The notes under the pieces: model-generated
Database searches by the model: none
Seen by the model: only the letters and a program-made list of their open reading frames with translations
Told to the model about the DNA's origin: nothing
In this document: positions 63,720 through 64,000 of the stretch, in pieces
Layout: each line of letters starts with the position of its first letter
How positions within the stretch are numbered: the stretch's first letter is position 1
Assembly (NCBI GenBank): GCA_963675525.2
Contig: CAXXSL010000019.1
Coordinates: 32,001 to 96,000 of the forward strand
Direction: 5' to 3'
DNA from: Anaerohalosphaeraceae bacterium
Lineage (GTDB): Bacteria; Planctomycetota; Phycisphaerae; Sedimentisphaerales; Anaerohalosphaeraceae
DNA: 64,000 nt
Program-made: the position numbers and the translations under genes

Positions 63720-63998
63720 CTAAAACCCCAAAGCACGGATATCGGAGATTTGAACATTTTGTTTTTCCTTCTATTTGCTTTTCTCTTTTTTTGTGCAATC
63801 CATGATTATTTTGCCTTCGAAGTCGATCACTTTACCGTTCTGCCAAGTCAGTACGGCTTCGGGGCCGTTAAGAGGATATCCTTCAAGCCTAACTTGTGTT
63901 CCATTAAGAATATCATCCGTTAGAAAGGATCCTTCCTTGTCGTGGTCAGGGTCAAGGTGAACCTCATAAACCTCCGTTTGAGTGACTCCCCGAGAGTC
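63720..63998 (-). CDS. 3' end of an unidentified ORF running in from the window edge
   Basis: Open frame DSRGVTQTEVYEVHLDP...ISVLLGF* by manual translation; no recognisable motif. Confidence 0.4.
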
Positions 63999-64000
63999 AT

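Overview
Bacterial genomic window, most likely a Planctomycetota (Phycisphaerae/Sedimentisphaerales-like) organism. This is inferred from the PEP-CTERM protein, the Cys-containing dockerin-like tails, the LamG and lamin-tail/CotH proteins, and the absence of SusC/SusD. Bases 1-6.8 kb are housekeeping: the end of the spc/alpha ribosomal cluster (secY-adk-map-infA-rpmJ-rpsM-rpsK-rpsD-rpoA-rplQ), a HIT protein and initiator tRNA-fMet. The remaining ~57 kb is a pectin/rhamnogalacturonan-II (RG-II) utilisation region: six PL1 lyases, two CE8 methylesterases, GH95, an esterase-GH138 fusion, a DUF5060/apiosidase-like protein, DUF3826, two SSS and one BASS transporter, two URO-D-like proteins and a split transketolase. 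Best lead: an operon of Fe-ADH + DHDPS-family aldolase + PdxA2 + DUF1537 kinase + SSS whose chemistry and stereochemistry fit catabolism of the RG-II sugar Dha (to pyruvate + D-threonate, then DHAP). Other leads: a conserved 60-bp activator-type promoter cassette (4 clear copies, 1 degenerate); dockerin-like repeats split around an inserted CBM-like domain; mosaic shuffled lyase genes; and a collapsed gene fossil. From ~41.5 kb onward many genes are frameshifted, probably through assembly indels. All family calls are from motif recognition, not database searches.
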